A program made the translations under genes and the position numbers. Below, in pieces: positions 12,677-26,680 of a DNA stretch of 64,000 nt (positions are counted from its first letter, which is position 1; each line of letters begins with the position of its first letter). Origin of the DNA: Octopus vulgaris (taxonomy: Eukaryota). The notes below the pieces were generated by a model. The model saw only the letters and a program-made list of their open reading frames with translations, did not search any database and was not told the origin of the DNA. Location: NCBI GenBank assembly GCA_951406725.2, contig OX597815.1, positions 28,954,001 through 29,018,000 on the forward strand, given 5' to 3'.

Positions 12677-13133
12677 GGAGAGTTAAAATTCCTACATACC
12701 TAGCTTCATATATACATGTTTCTCAATATATTAAATTACTCGTCATACAATTATCTTACACTTAGAATGAGGCTGTTGAAAAAAAAAGGCTATCTACACG
12801 TGACCTTTTATATAGTCTGTTTTACTATAGTATAGGGGTGGGGTGTCTGTCTATGACCGCATGTGTGTGTGTGTGTAAATGTGGATGGAAATGAGATCTA
12901 TGATGAGATCGAAAGAGATTGAATTTTTTTCTTTGATTTTCCTTACATTTTCATGTTTTCCTTCTTTTATTCATCTCCTTTATTCTTTTATTCTTAATTT
13001 TTCATTTTATTTTCAAAGTGATGTATCAAACCCTACACAAATACACACACACACGCACACACACACAAGCATGTATTTAAGTATACAGACATTATTAAAA
13101 CTTGTATTCATGTATGTATAAGTATATATGTCT

Positions 13134-13175
<42 letters not shown>

Positions 13176-13309
13176 GCGTATGTATGTGTGCATATATGTA
13201 TATATATACACACAGAAGTACATACTAACACTTACACAGTCAATGAATGAAAGTTGTTACTGCCTCAGACACGATATATACAGATAGCTAAATTGATAGA
13301 CAGACAGAC

Positions 13310-13356
<47 letters not shown>

Positions 13357-13819
13357 CACCCATGCACGCACGCGCACACATACACACATACATACATACA
13401 TACATACATACATACATACATACATACATACATACATACATACAGACAGACAGACATAAATATCAAATTTTCACAACAGCTCGCAACATTCAGGTTGACT
13501 AACTTATATACTATGCATGTATGTATGTATGTATGTATGTGTGTATGTATGTATGTATGTATGTATGTATGTATGTATGTATGTATGTATGTATGTATGT
13601 ATGCATGCATGTATGTATGTGTATGCATGCATGTATGTATGTATGTATATGTATGTATGCATGTATATATATGTATGCATGCATGTATATGTATGTATGT
13701 GTATGTATGTATGTAACTATGTATGCATGCATGTATGTATGTATATGTATGTATGCATGTATGTGTATATATTCATACATACGTACACACATGTATATAA
13801 TATATATACATATATGTGT

Positions 13820-14403
13820 ACACACACACACACGTACGTACATATTCATATCTGTACATAGACACGCGTGCACGATATATAATATTATGTGTATAATTCT
13901 GCGTTTAGAATGTGCACTTGTCCATGACTGTATATGTGTGTGTGTGCGCGCGTGTGTATATGTGTGCACACACACACGTACGTACATATTCATATCTGTT
14001 CACACACGCGCGTGCACGATATATAATATTATGTGTAGAATTCTGAGTTTAAAATGTGCACTTGTCCATGGGTGTATATGAATGTGTGTGTGTATGTGTG
14101 TGTGTGTGTGTGCGTGTGTATATGTGTGCACACACACACGTACGTACATATTCATATCTGTACACGCACACGCGTGCACGATATATAATATTGTGTGTAT
14201 AATTCTTAGTTTAAAATGTGCACTTGTCCATGGGTGTATATGTGTGCGTGCGTGTGTGTGTGTGTGTGTGTGCGTGTGCGTGTGTATATGTGTACACACA
14301 CACGTACGTACATATTCATATCTGTACACGCACACGTGTGCACGATATATAATATTGTGTATAATTCTGAGTTTAAAATGTGCACTTATCCATGGGTGTA
14401 TGT

Positions 14404-14410
<7 letters not shown>
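13820..14410. repeat. Tandem array of ~150-bp units (4 copies)
   Basis: Unit CACGTACGTACATATTCATATCTGTACA...TGCACGATATATAATATT...AAATGTGCACTTGTCCATG separated by variable (TG)n. Confidence 0.9.
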
Positions 14411-14479
<69 letters not shown>

Positions 14480-15040
14480 TCGACAGACTGTCCAACAGAC
14501 AGAAAGACATAGAAGTACATATGTACACATTCACGTGCAATGAACGACTGAGGTGTTAGGTAAAACGAGAAACGCGCACACACTTTCATCTATTCATAAA
14601 ACGATGTCATCCTTTTCATATGATAGTTCATACCAATGTACGATATAGAATAATGAATATATAATGTATGTTTTGGCTGTGTTTCTTTTTATTTAATGCG
14701 AAATAAATGAAAGAGAATTGAAATGAGTAATGCAGTTAATTGAAATTTTCATGTTTTTGCGCGTTTTGTTCTGTGTGCGTGAGTGCCTGTTTGTGTGTGC
14801 ATGTGTGGGTGGTTGTTTGTGTGCTTGTGCCGATGTGGGTGGATGGGTGGGTATTTGTACGTGTTTGTGTTCGTATGATATTGTGTGTGTGTGTGTGTGG
14901 ATGAAGGCTCTAACCCAACCTCATATCCGTATTGTTAATATTTATTTATACCACACAGATGTATATCAATTTCCTTTTATTAGGCACTAATTTTTTTTAT
15001 CTGTCTCTCCATTTCTGTGAGTGTGTGTACGAGTGTGCAT

Positions 15041-15089
<49 letters not shown>

Positions 15090-15091
15090 CA

Positions 15092-15456
15092 TTTTTTTTT
15101 TACTTGTTTCAGTCATTTTGACTGCGGCCATGCTGGAGCACCGCCTTTAGTTGAGCAAATCTTTGTAAGCCCAGTACTTATTCTATCGGTTTCTTTTGCC
15201 GAACCGCTAAGTGACGGGGCGTAAACACACCAGCATCGGTTGTCAAGCAATGCTAGGGGGACAAAGACAGACATACATATATATATATATATGTATACGA
15301 CAGGCTTCTTTCAGTTTCCGTCTACCAAATCCACTCACAAGGCATTGGTCGGCCCGGGGCTATAGCAGAAGACACTTGCCCAAGATGCCACGCAGTGGGA
15401 CTGAACCCGGAACCATGTGGTTGGTTAGCAAGCTACTTACCACACAGCCACTCCTG
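15092..15456 (-). mobile_element. SINE A
   Basis: Reverse complement of the 3915 copy, with a small internal deletion. Confidence 0.9.
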
Positions 15457-15755
15457 TATATATATAATGTGTTTGTAAGTATGTACAAATATGTAGATGA
15501 GTCGAGTGATTGTGGTAAAGTGCAGTTTGTTAGTCTCTTGCATAAACACAACATTATAGAGAACACAGATGACTCGATAAATGATCAATATAATTCATTT
15601 ATCAATGCATCAAATACAGTTCGTCTCATATCGAGATCAGACAGAAAATTCCGATAAGATGACAGATGCTATACAACTTCATTTCAAAAGCAACAAACAT
15701 TGCTTATATTGCGATAATCAAATCTGTAAATAAAAAGGATAGAAGAGGTCGTCGA

Positions 15756-15846
15756 GTGCTACAATTGTTTCAAAAGCACATCCAATATATCTTACGTAAC
15801 ATTACGAACGTCCCATAACTGTCCGGTGTACTTTCTCCTCAGAAAC
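15756..15846 (-). ncRNA. Hammerhead-like motif, canonical core with extended stem II
   Basis: CTGAGGA-g-AAAGTACA...TGTGCTTT-t-GAAA-CAATTG-TA-gcac; stem I imperfect. Confidence 0.6.
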
Positions 15847-16360
15847 ATACAACATATACATATGTACATGTGTATGTGTATGTGTGCGCGTATGTATATG
15901 TGTGTGTATGTATATGTGTGTGCGTGCTTGATGCATGTTTGTATGTATGTATGTATTATATTTTTACTGTTTTAGAATTGATTTTGACTGGTCACCTGCC
16001 TGGTAGCACGTTTGTGAAGGAAAGTGTCTTGTCTTATTCATTATCCTTTAAATTTTAAAGTCTTGCAGATTATTTTTGTCCTAGATATTGTGATCACTTG
16101 TAGTGTATGTAGACGAGAGTGTGTGTGTGTGTGTGTAGCATCAGGTGACCGATATCACGTGTGGAATTTTGTTAGTGGAAACTGTCCAAAAGGCTACAGT
16201 AGATATACTTATGTGTGTGTTGTGTGTGCGTTTGTGTGTTCATTTGTGTTCTTTTACTTTTTTCACTGTTTTCGGTACTTAGACATTTGGTACTTATTTT
16301 ATAGAATCCTAAGTGTCCAACTTCTAAATAGGAACATATACGTAAACACTGATAAAAGCA

Positions 16361-16393
<33 letters not shown>

Positions 16394-16765
16394 TTACTTT
16401 GCGGGAAGGACAATTTCAACGAAGAAGCGTCTTGTCCTTACCTTCTAATTTGCGGAGTAGATGAAACAGGGACAACTGAAGAAGGGGAACATTCTTTATG
16501 TTGTATGTCTCATTTCTCTGTTTGTCTTTTTCGTTGTTTGAAAAAAAGTTCGTTTCTATGTTTTTCTTTTTATGTTTTCGTTTCTCATTGTGTTCAACGT
16601 TTTTTTTTTATGTCCTGTATCCATGTATGCATGTATATATACATATATATGTAGTTATGTACATTTATGTATGTATATATGCATATATTTATATATTATT
16701 TATATTATTATATGATCGAACGCCACGCATCCTTTTCCAAGTAAGTTTTATGCATGTATGTATGT

Positions 16766-17172
16766 AGGAGTGGCTGTGTGGTAAGTACCTTGCTTACTAA
16801 CCACACGGTTCCGGGTTCAGTCCCACTGCGTGGCACCTTGGGCAAGTGTCTTCTACTATAGTCTCGGGCCGACTAAAGCCTTGTGAGTAGATTTGGTAGA
16901 CGGAAACTGAAAGAAGCCTGTCGTATATATATATGTATATATATGTGTGTGTGTTTGTGTGTCTGTCTTTATCCCCCCAACATCGCTTGACAACCGATGC
17001 TGGTATGTTTACGTCCCCGTTAATTAGCGGTTCGGCAAAAGAGACCGATAGAATATGTACTCGGCTTACAAAGAAGAAGTCCTGGGGTCGATTTGCTCGA
17101 GTAAAGTCGGTGCTCCAGCATGGCCGCAGTCAAATGTCTGAAACAAGTAAAAGAGTAAAAGAGAGTAAAAGA
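16766..17172 (+). mobile_element. SINE A
   Basis: Full copy with (GAGTAAAA)n tail. Confidence 0.9.
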
Positions 17173-17257
17173 GTATGTATGTATGTATGTATGTATGTAT
17201 GTATGTATGTATGTATGTATGCATGCATACATGTATGTATGTCAATGTTCGTACCTG

Positions 17258-17535
17258 TAGGCGCATGTCTCAGTGGTTAGAGCGTCGGGCTCACAATCAT
17301 GAGGTAGTAAGTTCGATTCTTGGACCGGGCTGTGTATTGTGTTCTTGAGAAAGACACTTTATTTCACGCCTTTGCTTTTCCCTTGAACAACATCGGTGGC
17401 GTGTAGAAGAGAAGCTGGTATGCATGGGTGACTACTGGTCTTCCACAAGCAACCCTGTCCGGACTTGTGCCTCGAAGGGGAACTTTCTAGCTGCAATCCC
17501 GTGGTCATTCATGACCGAAGCGGTCTTTACCCGTA
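17258..17535 (+). mobile_element. SINE family C (tRNA-derived); related copies at ~54035-54290 (+) and ~57115-57325 (-)
   Basis: tRNA-like head CTCAGTGGTTAGAGCG...GTTCGATTC; shared GGTATGCA.G.G.GACT.CTGGTCTT...CCGGACTTGTG module. Confidence 0.7.
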
Positions 17536-17810
17536 CCTGTATTAATGTAATTAACGATTGTAATTAATGTTAATACAACTAAGTCTCTTAAGTTAGTGGC
17601 TCGACAAATATAATTCAATAAAACCAATATGAGGCTGATAAAATTTGGGGCGAGGTGACAAGGTGGGTTAAACCCTTGAAGATGGTGCCCAGTGATGCTA
17701 GACAAGGGCGCTTTGTCTGAAACACTGTTGCAGATTAGGCAAGCAGAAACAGAGAGTTAAATACTTAAATACTAATCTCTTCGATCACCTAGTAATATTG
17801 TTGTGTATTT

Positions 17811-18016
17811 AAGGCAGCGAACTGGCAGAATCGTTAGCAAGCTGGGTAAAAATGCTTAGCTGCATTTCGTCCGTCTTTACGTTCTGAGTTCAAGTTCCGC
17901 TGAGGTCGACTTTATCTTTCATCATTTCGGGGTCGATGAAATAAATACCAGTTGAGCACTGGCATTGATGTAAATGACTTACTCCCTGCCCCAAATTTGC
18001 CAAAATTTGAAACTAA
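17811..18016 (+). mobile_element. SINE B, diverged, alternative tail
   Basis: CTGGCAGAATCGTTAGC...GAGGTCGACTTT...GCCAAAATTTGAAAC. Confidence 0.75.
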
Positions 18017-19096
18017 TATAATGTAACGTATTTTAGTATTTATTAATGTAGCAAAATTTGCTAAAGATTTCTATTCTGATATTTAGATACTTTGCAAATT
18101 TTAAGTTTATGAGGTCAGAGCATAACCTGCAATCTTTTGTATCATTTTGGCATGTTTTCCATCGCTCAATGGTCTACTTGATGACAAATACATCACTGTG
18201 TTGAGAACTGGAATGTTTCTTGCTTTATTTTTCTATTCTTTTGAAGGAAACAGTAAACTCCATGACTGAAGCCCTGATGTCTACATTTAGTTTCCACCAT
18301 ACATATGTAGTATTTATGCACGATGTTTAAACTTCTGCCTTGTAGATAATCGCCCCAGCGTTACACAATAGTTTAATAAATAATAGAGGAACTATCAGTA
18401 TCCTAGATTCTTTTACAGTTTCACAGCCAGCTATATTCATTAATGTCATTCATATACTTCAGTTTGGGCCCTTGTGTCACACTTTCCGGTTCTTTTCTTT
18501 AAATTTAAAGCGTCATACTTTCCTGGAGAAGATAACAAGGAATCAAGATAGCGTGTCCTCGTTTTTACCCCATTACAATATTATAGTAATCTATATTCAC
18601 ACCAGGAATGAGTATGCTAATTACAAGATAATACATTATACAAACTAATGTTGGTGTTCAGAGATGAGCTTCAAGGCATAGATATGTATCTGACTTCATG
18701 GAAAGAGAGACAAGAAACAGCAGAACATGCGTGCGTGAGTGTGTATTATATAGGATATGGTGGAATTTGTAAAACCATTTGAATATTTAATTGTTATTGT
18801 TATTGCAAATACTTTCCCAGAATGCTTCAACTGTTCACAACACCACTTCATGGCACCTATTTTACACCGAGAAGAATGAATGTTGCAACTATTCTCATCT
18901 ATTCGTACCATTGCTGTGTGAGAATTTCCCGTTCAACTCCTGCCGTTGCGTTTATACTACTGATGTATCTCCAGCTACTATTTCTGCTTTTACCACTGTT
19001 ACGATTAACTACAATTTCAATCAATTAAGATTTACAGTCACTCATAAACATACATAAATATATATATATAAATACAGGGTTTTAAGTTTACAGTTA

Positions 19097-19479
19097 CTAG
19101 CAGTATCGCCCGGCGTTGCTCGGGTTTATTTAGACCCTTTAGAATTGGAATTTTTGAAAAGTAAAAATTTTGCATTATGTTATTCTCTTTAAACGAACAT
19201 TTTTCTTGTTGAAATACACCGAAAAATGGCGACACAGCAGTAAAAAAATCGTAAAAAATAGGGATTTTCATAGAAAAAAAAGTACCTTTTTGATGTAAAT
19301 AATTTTTGTGTTATCATGGTCCGATTTGAATTTTTTCTTCTACGGAAGGAAGAGCAAGCCTTTTTCTATCGTACTCTCAATTTTGGTCAACTTGCGCTGC
19401 AGGGTCTCGGAGGAGATAGTGTTAGTTGAAGGCTACCAAACCTGCCATACACAGACAACTTCAGCTTTATATATATAGA
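19097..19479 (-). mobile_element. Non-autonomous Helitron
   Basis: Minus strand A|TCTATATATATAAAGCTG...CCCGAGCAACGCCGGG hairpin...CTAG|T; second copy at 26681. Confidence 0.88.
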
Positions 19480-21524
19480 TATTCTAGTTTTGACCATCCA
19501 GTCTTTATGAGTGCATTTAAGATTACATTATCTAATGTGTTCTATCCTTTGTAAAAAAATATGGAACGTGATCTGGAGGAGATCTGGTTGTGAATTCAAG
19601 CAGGTCGCCATCATGGTGGATTTTGTTGGCTCTGAGATTTATAGTGGTAAGAGAATGTGATTACGTGGTGTTCATACCTTTCTCAATATAACTTATCTCA
19701 GTGGATTTTTTGCATTAATATGTTCCGTTCTGTTTTAATGTTAACATTTTTGAAAAGAAAAATGTCGACACAGCTACAACAGCTCTTCAGTAAACATATG
19801 TGAGCGCTCTTCTTGAAAGTGATATGTCATCAATCAAACAGTTTTCGTGACATTCTAATTCTTTAGTAACTACTTCTGACTTCAACACTGTAGACAGACA
19901 AGTAAAAAAAGAAAATTTTAAAAACTATTTGTCCAAAATTACATTAATCAGCATTCAATTAAGGTTTTAATCCAGGATGCAACTTGTATGTATAAATGTT
20001 TAAAACACACAGCCATCTTGCCTCCTTACGAATAGATTTAGTTTTAATTAAATTACGTTAACAGAAGTTTAAACGATGACTAAGAATTGTTTTCCTTTTA
20101 TTTATTATTTTATCAGCACTTTTTAGTATGGAATTTCAAGGAATCGTTATTCAAAAACAATAGTCGTGTAACAGAGGTTACCAGCATTTGTAGATAAACA
20201 TCTGTTGACTATTTATCTACCGCTTATGTTATTTATTTTGTATTTCTTATTTTGTTTTTACAACATATGTTAATTGCTGCAAGATGAATGTGTAATACGC
20301 TTAGTGAAACATTAAGATGTTATGTCTAGGTCGTAACAGAATGTCACTATATATCATTACGAATAAAACAAAATAGTCTGTAAAACATCTCAAGATGGAA
20401 ATTGAAAGGAAGGTGACCAGCATATTAGAAACATTTATAAAAACACGAAAACAGTTCAGCATTTGTTTAGTTGAATTAACAGGATGGTCCGTTACATTTT
20501 CCTCAAGTTTTATCAGTTAATGCTAAATGTGTCTCTTGAATAACAAAAATAGATAAGTTCTTGGTTCACCATAGAGTATATGTAAGCATGTGGATGTGGT
20601 TTCAATTTACAGCTGAGCTTACTCTTTCTGATTTCCGATTCTAATACTGCCAGGAAAAAGTATACCAACTTTCTAAGTTTTTGAATTCAATAGGATTAAC
20701 AAACTATTGATATGTGCTACACATTACGATTAATTAGGAGGAATTGATAGTCGATTCTACTTATTTCATTTGCTTCTTCTTTATAGCTTGTAAGCTACCA
20801 GAATGTTTAGAACGTCCGAAAAATCCCTTGCGATATTTCTTTCGTTGTGAGTTCGAATTCTACCAAGATCGATTTTGCCTTTCAGCCCTCTGATGTCGAT
20901 AAAGTAAAATGTTAATAAAATACTAGAGTCGATTTTACAAATGCTCTCTCCTTTAAATTAGAAACAATTATTTTTCTTTAATTACTTAAATAACGATGTT
21001 TAATGGAAAGTACAAAACCTTAAATAACTTATTATTTTGAAGCCCTATGAACTCAGTTTCTACATCTTCCTAATCCTAATTGACACACCAGCTTCTCCAG
21101 CCACCCATTCTGCCGTTCAAGAATTTGGACCTGGAGATCTCCATTTCCAGCGACTTCGAGGGCCACCTCCCAGTGATGTCGGGCGTCAACGAAGAACCCT
21201 CGACTACAACAAGACGACCAAAGTTTTTTTTTCCAAGGTCTGGAGTCTCCCGCCCCTAAGCCCTAGCCCATCACCTAATCACCCTTACCCGTCTTGTTGC
21301 TTAAAAACAACAACAGCCACCCATTCCCATCAATGTCACGCGCTATCCCTTCTACCTATTTCTTCCCTTCCAAAAGTCAAACTTCTGTTTTTGTTCCTGC
21401 CCACGTTATCCCTACAGTCGCTGACTGATAGGTCTTTAAACTGGACATGAACCGCATCGACCGGAAAATTCTCGAAAAAGGTCGGTCAAAATCAAAGGCA
21501 CAGTCCTTTCCTTCTGACTAACAC

Positions 21525-21755
21525 CTATTTCTTTACTACCCACAAGGGGCTAAACACAGAGAGGACAAACAAGGACAGACAAACGGATTAAGTCGATTAT
21601 ATCGACCCCAGTGCGTAACTGGTCCTTAATTTATCGACCCCGAAAGGATGAATGGCAAAGTCGACCTCGGCGGAATTTGAACTCGGAACTTAGCGCCAGA
21701 CGAAATACTGCTAAGCATTTCGCCCGACGTGCTAACGTTTCTTCCAGCTCGCCGT
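21525..21755 (-). mobile_element. SINE B
   Basis: Reverse complement of the 331-562 copy. Confidence 0.88.
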
Positions 21756-22249
21756 ATGTTTAACAGACGTATAACAAATGAAATGCATAGGGGTAACCTA
21801 AATATTTCATTGGTTATGAGTTTGCTGATTTGGTTTGTCGCGAGGAAGTTGAAGAGCGTAACATTTCTGGCAGCACTTTTTCTCTCTAAGCATTGTAATT
21901 ACTTTGATAAGGATGATGCAACTGTTGCTGTTCTTATCGTTCATATTTAAGGACAAGACTACCCTGACCAAGCTCACAAATATATTTAATATATTCAAAT
22001 ATATTCTGGCCTTGACCCTCCAACCACTTTTCTATATTTATATGAATATTGTCTAGTGCGTCCTTCCTGTTTTTAGATGAGAGGGTGTGATTTGAGGAAA
22101 TTTGATTGTTATTGTTAGTAGGTCAAATGACCGCGAGGAGGTTCTCTCCTGGTCTAGAAGTAGAAAGTTAAATAAAGATAACCGACAGAGAGAGTTGGTG
22201 GATAAGAAGTTACTACAGAAGATTTCAGAGAAACAAAGACTGTTGTAGT

Positions 22250-22897
22250 ATCTGTTTCAAATTTTGGCACATGGTCAGCAATTTCAGGGACTAGAGAAAG
22301 TCGATTACATCAACCCCAGTGTTCAGCTGGTATTTATTTTATCGACTCCGAAAGGATGAAAGACAAAGTCGACCTCGGGGATCTTTTCGGTTTGAAAGGC
22401 AGTTTTTTCTAGCGGTGTCATATGAAATTGTCACCCATAATTATGACCCTAGTATCGATCTATTACATTTCAATCTGTATTAGGGTTAGGGTTAGGTTTA
22501 GGGTGGGGGAGGGTATCTTTTTTTCTTCACAAATGTAAATAAACCTAATCTGTTTCTTAAACGAGGGACATATTCATACGGCACAGAATGTTTTTTTACC
22601 TCAATGGAAGTCAATGATTGGTTGAAATTGCAGAAATTGAAGAAAACAAACAACAAATATCTTACAAACTATAGAATTTTCTCAATAAAGCCAAGAGAAA
22701 AAGATGTTTTATAAACACATTCTACCAGTATACGAAGTTTAAAATTTTTTAGTTACCTAGAAATTATGTTAAAAACTGCCGTTCAAACCGAAAAGATCCG
22801 ACCTCGGTTGTATTTGAACTCAGAACGTAATGACGGACGAAATGCAGTAAAGCATTTTGCCCGGCGTGTTAACGAGTCTGCCAGCTGGCCGCCTTTA
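22250..22897 (-). mobile_element. SINE B (alternative tail) split by the TTAGGG-MITE
   Basis: The SINE sequence GTCGACCTCGG resumes after the insertion. Confidence 0.8.
22379..22799 (+). mobile_element. TTAGGG-bearing MITE copy 1 (Merlin-like)
   Basis: TIR GGATCTTTTCGGTTTGAA.GGCAGTTTT; 8-bp TSD GACCTCGG on both sides. Confidence 0.92.
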
Positions 22898-23123
22898 AGG
22901 TTTATTGTAAAATCGATTGAGGGGACAGAGTGAGACGACAGTTCACCAGTATCTTATACTTTTTATTAAGTCGGCCAGTTTGCAGAAACATTATGTGCTC
23001 CAGCAGAATAATATATTTAATATATGTCTTAAACTGTTTTTTATTCAGTTTGGCCACATGAGTTTTCGTAGATTTCTGCCTTAGAATTCATTGTGTGTGC
23101 GTGTATGTGTACTATAATACAAT

Positions 23124-23175
<52 letters not shown>

Positions 23176-25526
23176 CATCATTTTATTATATTATATTATA
23201 TTATGTATACGTCCTATACTATGGCACAAAGAACTTTGCGAAACAGGAAGAGTAAAGAAAGTTAAATGCAATGTTTTCGTCAAAAGTTGAAAACATCACA
23301 AACAGCGAATTCAACCTTCACAATTTCTATCTTTGAACTGTTGTGGACTAAGAACAATCAGTTAATATTAGTTTTAAATTTTAAAATGAAACACATGAAT
23401 ATCCATCACGTGTAAATTATGCATAAAAAGCAAAAATAAAAATGGAAAGCCTAAAAGAAAACGCGCGAGAGAAAATTTATGGAAGAATGTTCAGAGAGAA
23501 GTTTGGGATTCGATTCTGGGCTTTGATTGGGCATTCAAGAAAAATGTTATTTTCCCGTCAGGCATGACTTGGCGAACATACTAGATGAGAAGCATTGTTC
23601 CTACCCTCTCTCACTTCGTATGTAAGTTATTTTTGCTATGTAAAGGGTTGACATAGAAATAGCTATTCACACGACGAACGTTCTCCATGAAACCATTTCA
23701 CAACATTCTCCCTCCGGTATAGTTCAAATTATGTCAGCTGTTAGCAATAGACATGACTTGAGCTACTTTGATTGGTTGATTTTTCACTACCGACTCGTAC
23801 ATGCCACAATCCCTCCCTACGTTAGCGTTTTCAAAATAACAGATTAGTGATACCGATCTGTGCAAATGGGGCAAGATCATCCCCCATTTTCTTGATAAGA
23901 AATATTTAAATCTAAAATATCGGAATACAAAATATAAATATAAAACGCTATTACGGACTTCCTTGGCTTTGACTGGTTACACTTTATTTCCAAACTTGCA
24001 TTGTGATGGCTTCTTTAAACACTATCAAACTATTTTAAAATGCTTCATATTAACTATAAAATTCTTTGATATTTTCAGTATTAATATATGATTGATTGTC
24101 TTCATCCTCTTTGTTATAAATATGACATCGACGATGTTATCAGATAAACACAAGGTCGCATGATTTCTCCTCAGAAACTATTTACCCAATAAAAAAAAAT
24201 TTCATAAAATATTTCCAACATAATATAAGTTTCTCTGTCCTCTCATTATAAAGCAACAATAACATACACATACACAACTCCCCACCCATTTCCATCTATC
24301 CAATATAGTCATCTAGGCATGCAAAATACAAGAAAATTGCACACTATCTTAGTATCCAATCAAAGCCCATCAAATTCATACATCGTTCTGAACACTCTTC
24401 TGAAAGAACATTCCCTTATTTTTAGGGATTTTTTTTTGCATCTTTTTTTAGCACTTTTCCTAAGAAGGGTTTCTTCGTTAGTTTTCCCTACGAAAAATTA
24501 TAAACACTAGCTGTATTTTACATATGCTTGCTCTAATCTCTACTATCATTCAAGAGTTGGAAACACGAGTCTTGAAGCAAAGGTTAACTAAGGGTTCAGC
24601 TTCCATTAAATATGATGAAAATCTGCATTCCTTATTGAGTAGTCTCTTTCCTTCTTGTTTGTATAATTCTTTGTGCTATATCATACAAACATATCGTTTC
24701 TCTTAGAAAAGTAGAGCACTATATACGGAAGAATTAATAGTGACTGAAAACGGAGATGGTCAGTTAAATTTTTCCATTCAAGAAATAAAGAAATGCATGA
24801 AATACTTGATAGGAAACACGAAAGACTTCATAAGAAAATCAGAATGCTGGGCATATTTTTATGGCAAAGGGACGCCTTGTAGCAATACAAATGAGAAATT
24901 CGCTTCCAGAACGCATTAGAATGTACCAACTAACAAGAACACGGAATCATTCGAAGCTGACATTTTTAACCCCATAAAAAGAGTAAAGAGAGTCTGCAAC
25001 AGCTTCCAAAACAAAAAAGAAACTTGGAGTTCTTAAAACCTTCTGGGGAAAATGGATGCAAAGATTTATAATAAGCTCTTATTTATCAACATCTTTCTGG
25101 AATATTTTTTCCCATTCCTCTCCATGTTATACACTCCTTCTTGTCTTTATTATATAACCACTAAATTATACTATTATTTACTCGACATGCATTGTTCGGG
25201 GAAACTTTTCTCGATATTATTAATATTAATATAACCTTGATTGAATTTATCATATTTTCCATATTAATATTACATTGATTTTTTCCTTTCTAATATAATA
25301 TCGATGAATTGCTTTTCTTCGCTTGCTGCCAATACATTCAATTTAAGTCTAAGTAAATTAATATCAATATCTAAGTAATTCTGATATAATTTTCCGGCAT
25401 AGATATAATATAATTTTTAAGTTTTTACTTTTTTTCCTTCTAAATTAATCACTCTTTCGGACTACAGGCAGCAATTAAAATACTTGCTGAAAGTTATAGA
25501 GCATTCATAAATATATTATTTAAGTC

Positions 25527-25757
25527 AGGTGGCGAGCTGGCAGAATCGTTAGCACGCCGGGCGAAATGCGTAGCCGTATTTCGTCTGTCGTTACGTTCCG
25601 AGTTCAAATTCCGCCGAGGTCGACTTTGCCTTTCATCCTTTCGGGGTCTATAAATTAAGTACCAGTTACGCACTGGGGTCGATATAATCGACTCAATCCC
25701 TGTGTCTGTCCTTGTTTGTCCCCTCTATGTTTAGCCCCTTGTGAGTAGTAAAGAAAT
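25527..25757 (+). mobile_element. SINE B
   Basis: Full copy; TSD-like ATATATT(T)ATTTAAGT on both sides. Confidence 0.88.
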
Positions 25758-26680
25758 ATATATTTATTTAAGTGATGTGTTTCTAGTTGGGAGTTGGCAG
25801 TTATAATAATCCCACATTTATATCTTGCAGCTATTGCTGATTTCTATAATTAAATTTCATAAAGTTAACTAGGTGGTGTTAGCTACCATTGGTTAAGTGA
25901 CACGATAATTAATGAACTATAACTAAAATAATGAATATATGCGTCTACTTATTTACCAACAAGCTTATATATTTTGTTATTCAATACGATATGAACTGTG
26001 GCTTATGAGTTTGTATTTAGCTCAGTAGTTTTCAAACTGACAAATATAAGCCGCTACAAAAATAGTGAAGTTTTTGACCCAATAATTCTTTATGTCAAAT
26101 GGAGTTTGCATTCATATATGATCACTCATTATTCTCCATAGTATTGGACAAAACCATCTTGATATTATATATAGCAATTTTTCCACCCATATTCTCCTTC
26201 CCAGGGTTTGGTCCTAACAATACTGATTTAGTTGACCCAAGCAAAGAATTGTATGATATTCAGACATTAACGACATACAAAGGTCAATATGCGCTCAATG
26301 TTACATTTTCAATTTTTCTTTCTGCTATATTTCTTTCTTCTAGAACTTCTCCCTCCCCACGTATTAATCAAATTTGCTGAACCAGATGTTTCCTTAACAA
26401 TCTTTGATCATTAACATCCTCAAAATTCATGCAGAAAATATCAAAAATGTAGGCACGTATTTGAATTATAACTATTTTTCTAACCTTCTAAGACCTTACT
26501 TGAAGTTGCATTTGTTGTGCGATGTTGTTATTTATGTGTCGTGCACCTTTTGATATTTAGTAATTTCTGACGTCAGACAAGATATAATAAGTACATTAAG
26601 ATTGTTTGTGTGCCTTGTAAGGTCATACATTTCAGAAGAGTATACGCTCGTCAATTGCTTTATCGAGCCTTATATATATA

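Noticed and set aside
14545-14585. Degenerate HHR-like strings (also ~12270-12355 and ~59548-59608 on minus, and 44915-44960)
   Set aside because: Too many core deviations and missing stem I; indistinguishable from chance by eye
13254-14589. Long ORFs (up to 186 aa) of YI/VC/HT/MYVC repeats here and throughout
   Set aside because: Translations of microsatellites lacking stop codons
15211-15657. Recurrent ORFs with RLPNPLT...SGTEPGTMW
   Set aside because: Antisense translation of SINE family A, not a protein family
16430-16492. CTGAAGAAGGGG hammerhead-like core (also at ~9003-9014 on minus)
   Set aside because: No correctly placed GAAA/UH and stems in either copy; cannot be supported without a family consensus
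17258-17330. tRNA gene
   Set aside because: tRNA-like A/B boxes run into a SINE body with no proper acceptor stem; the same applies to the other SINE heads
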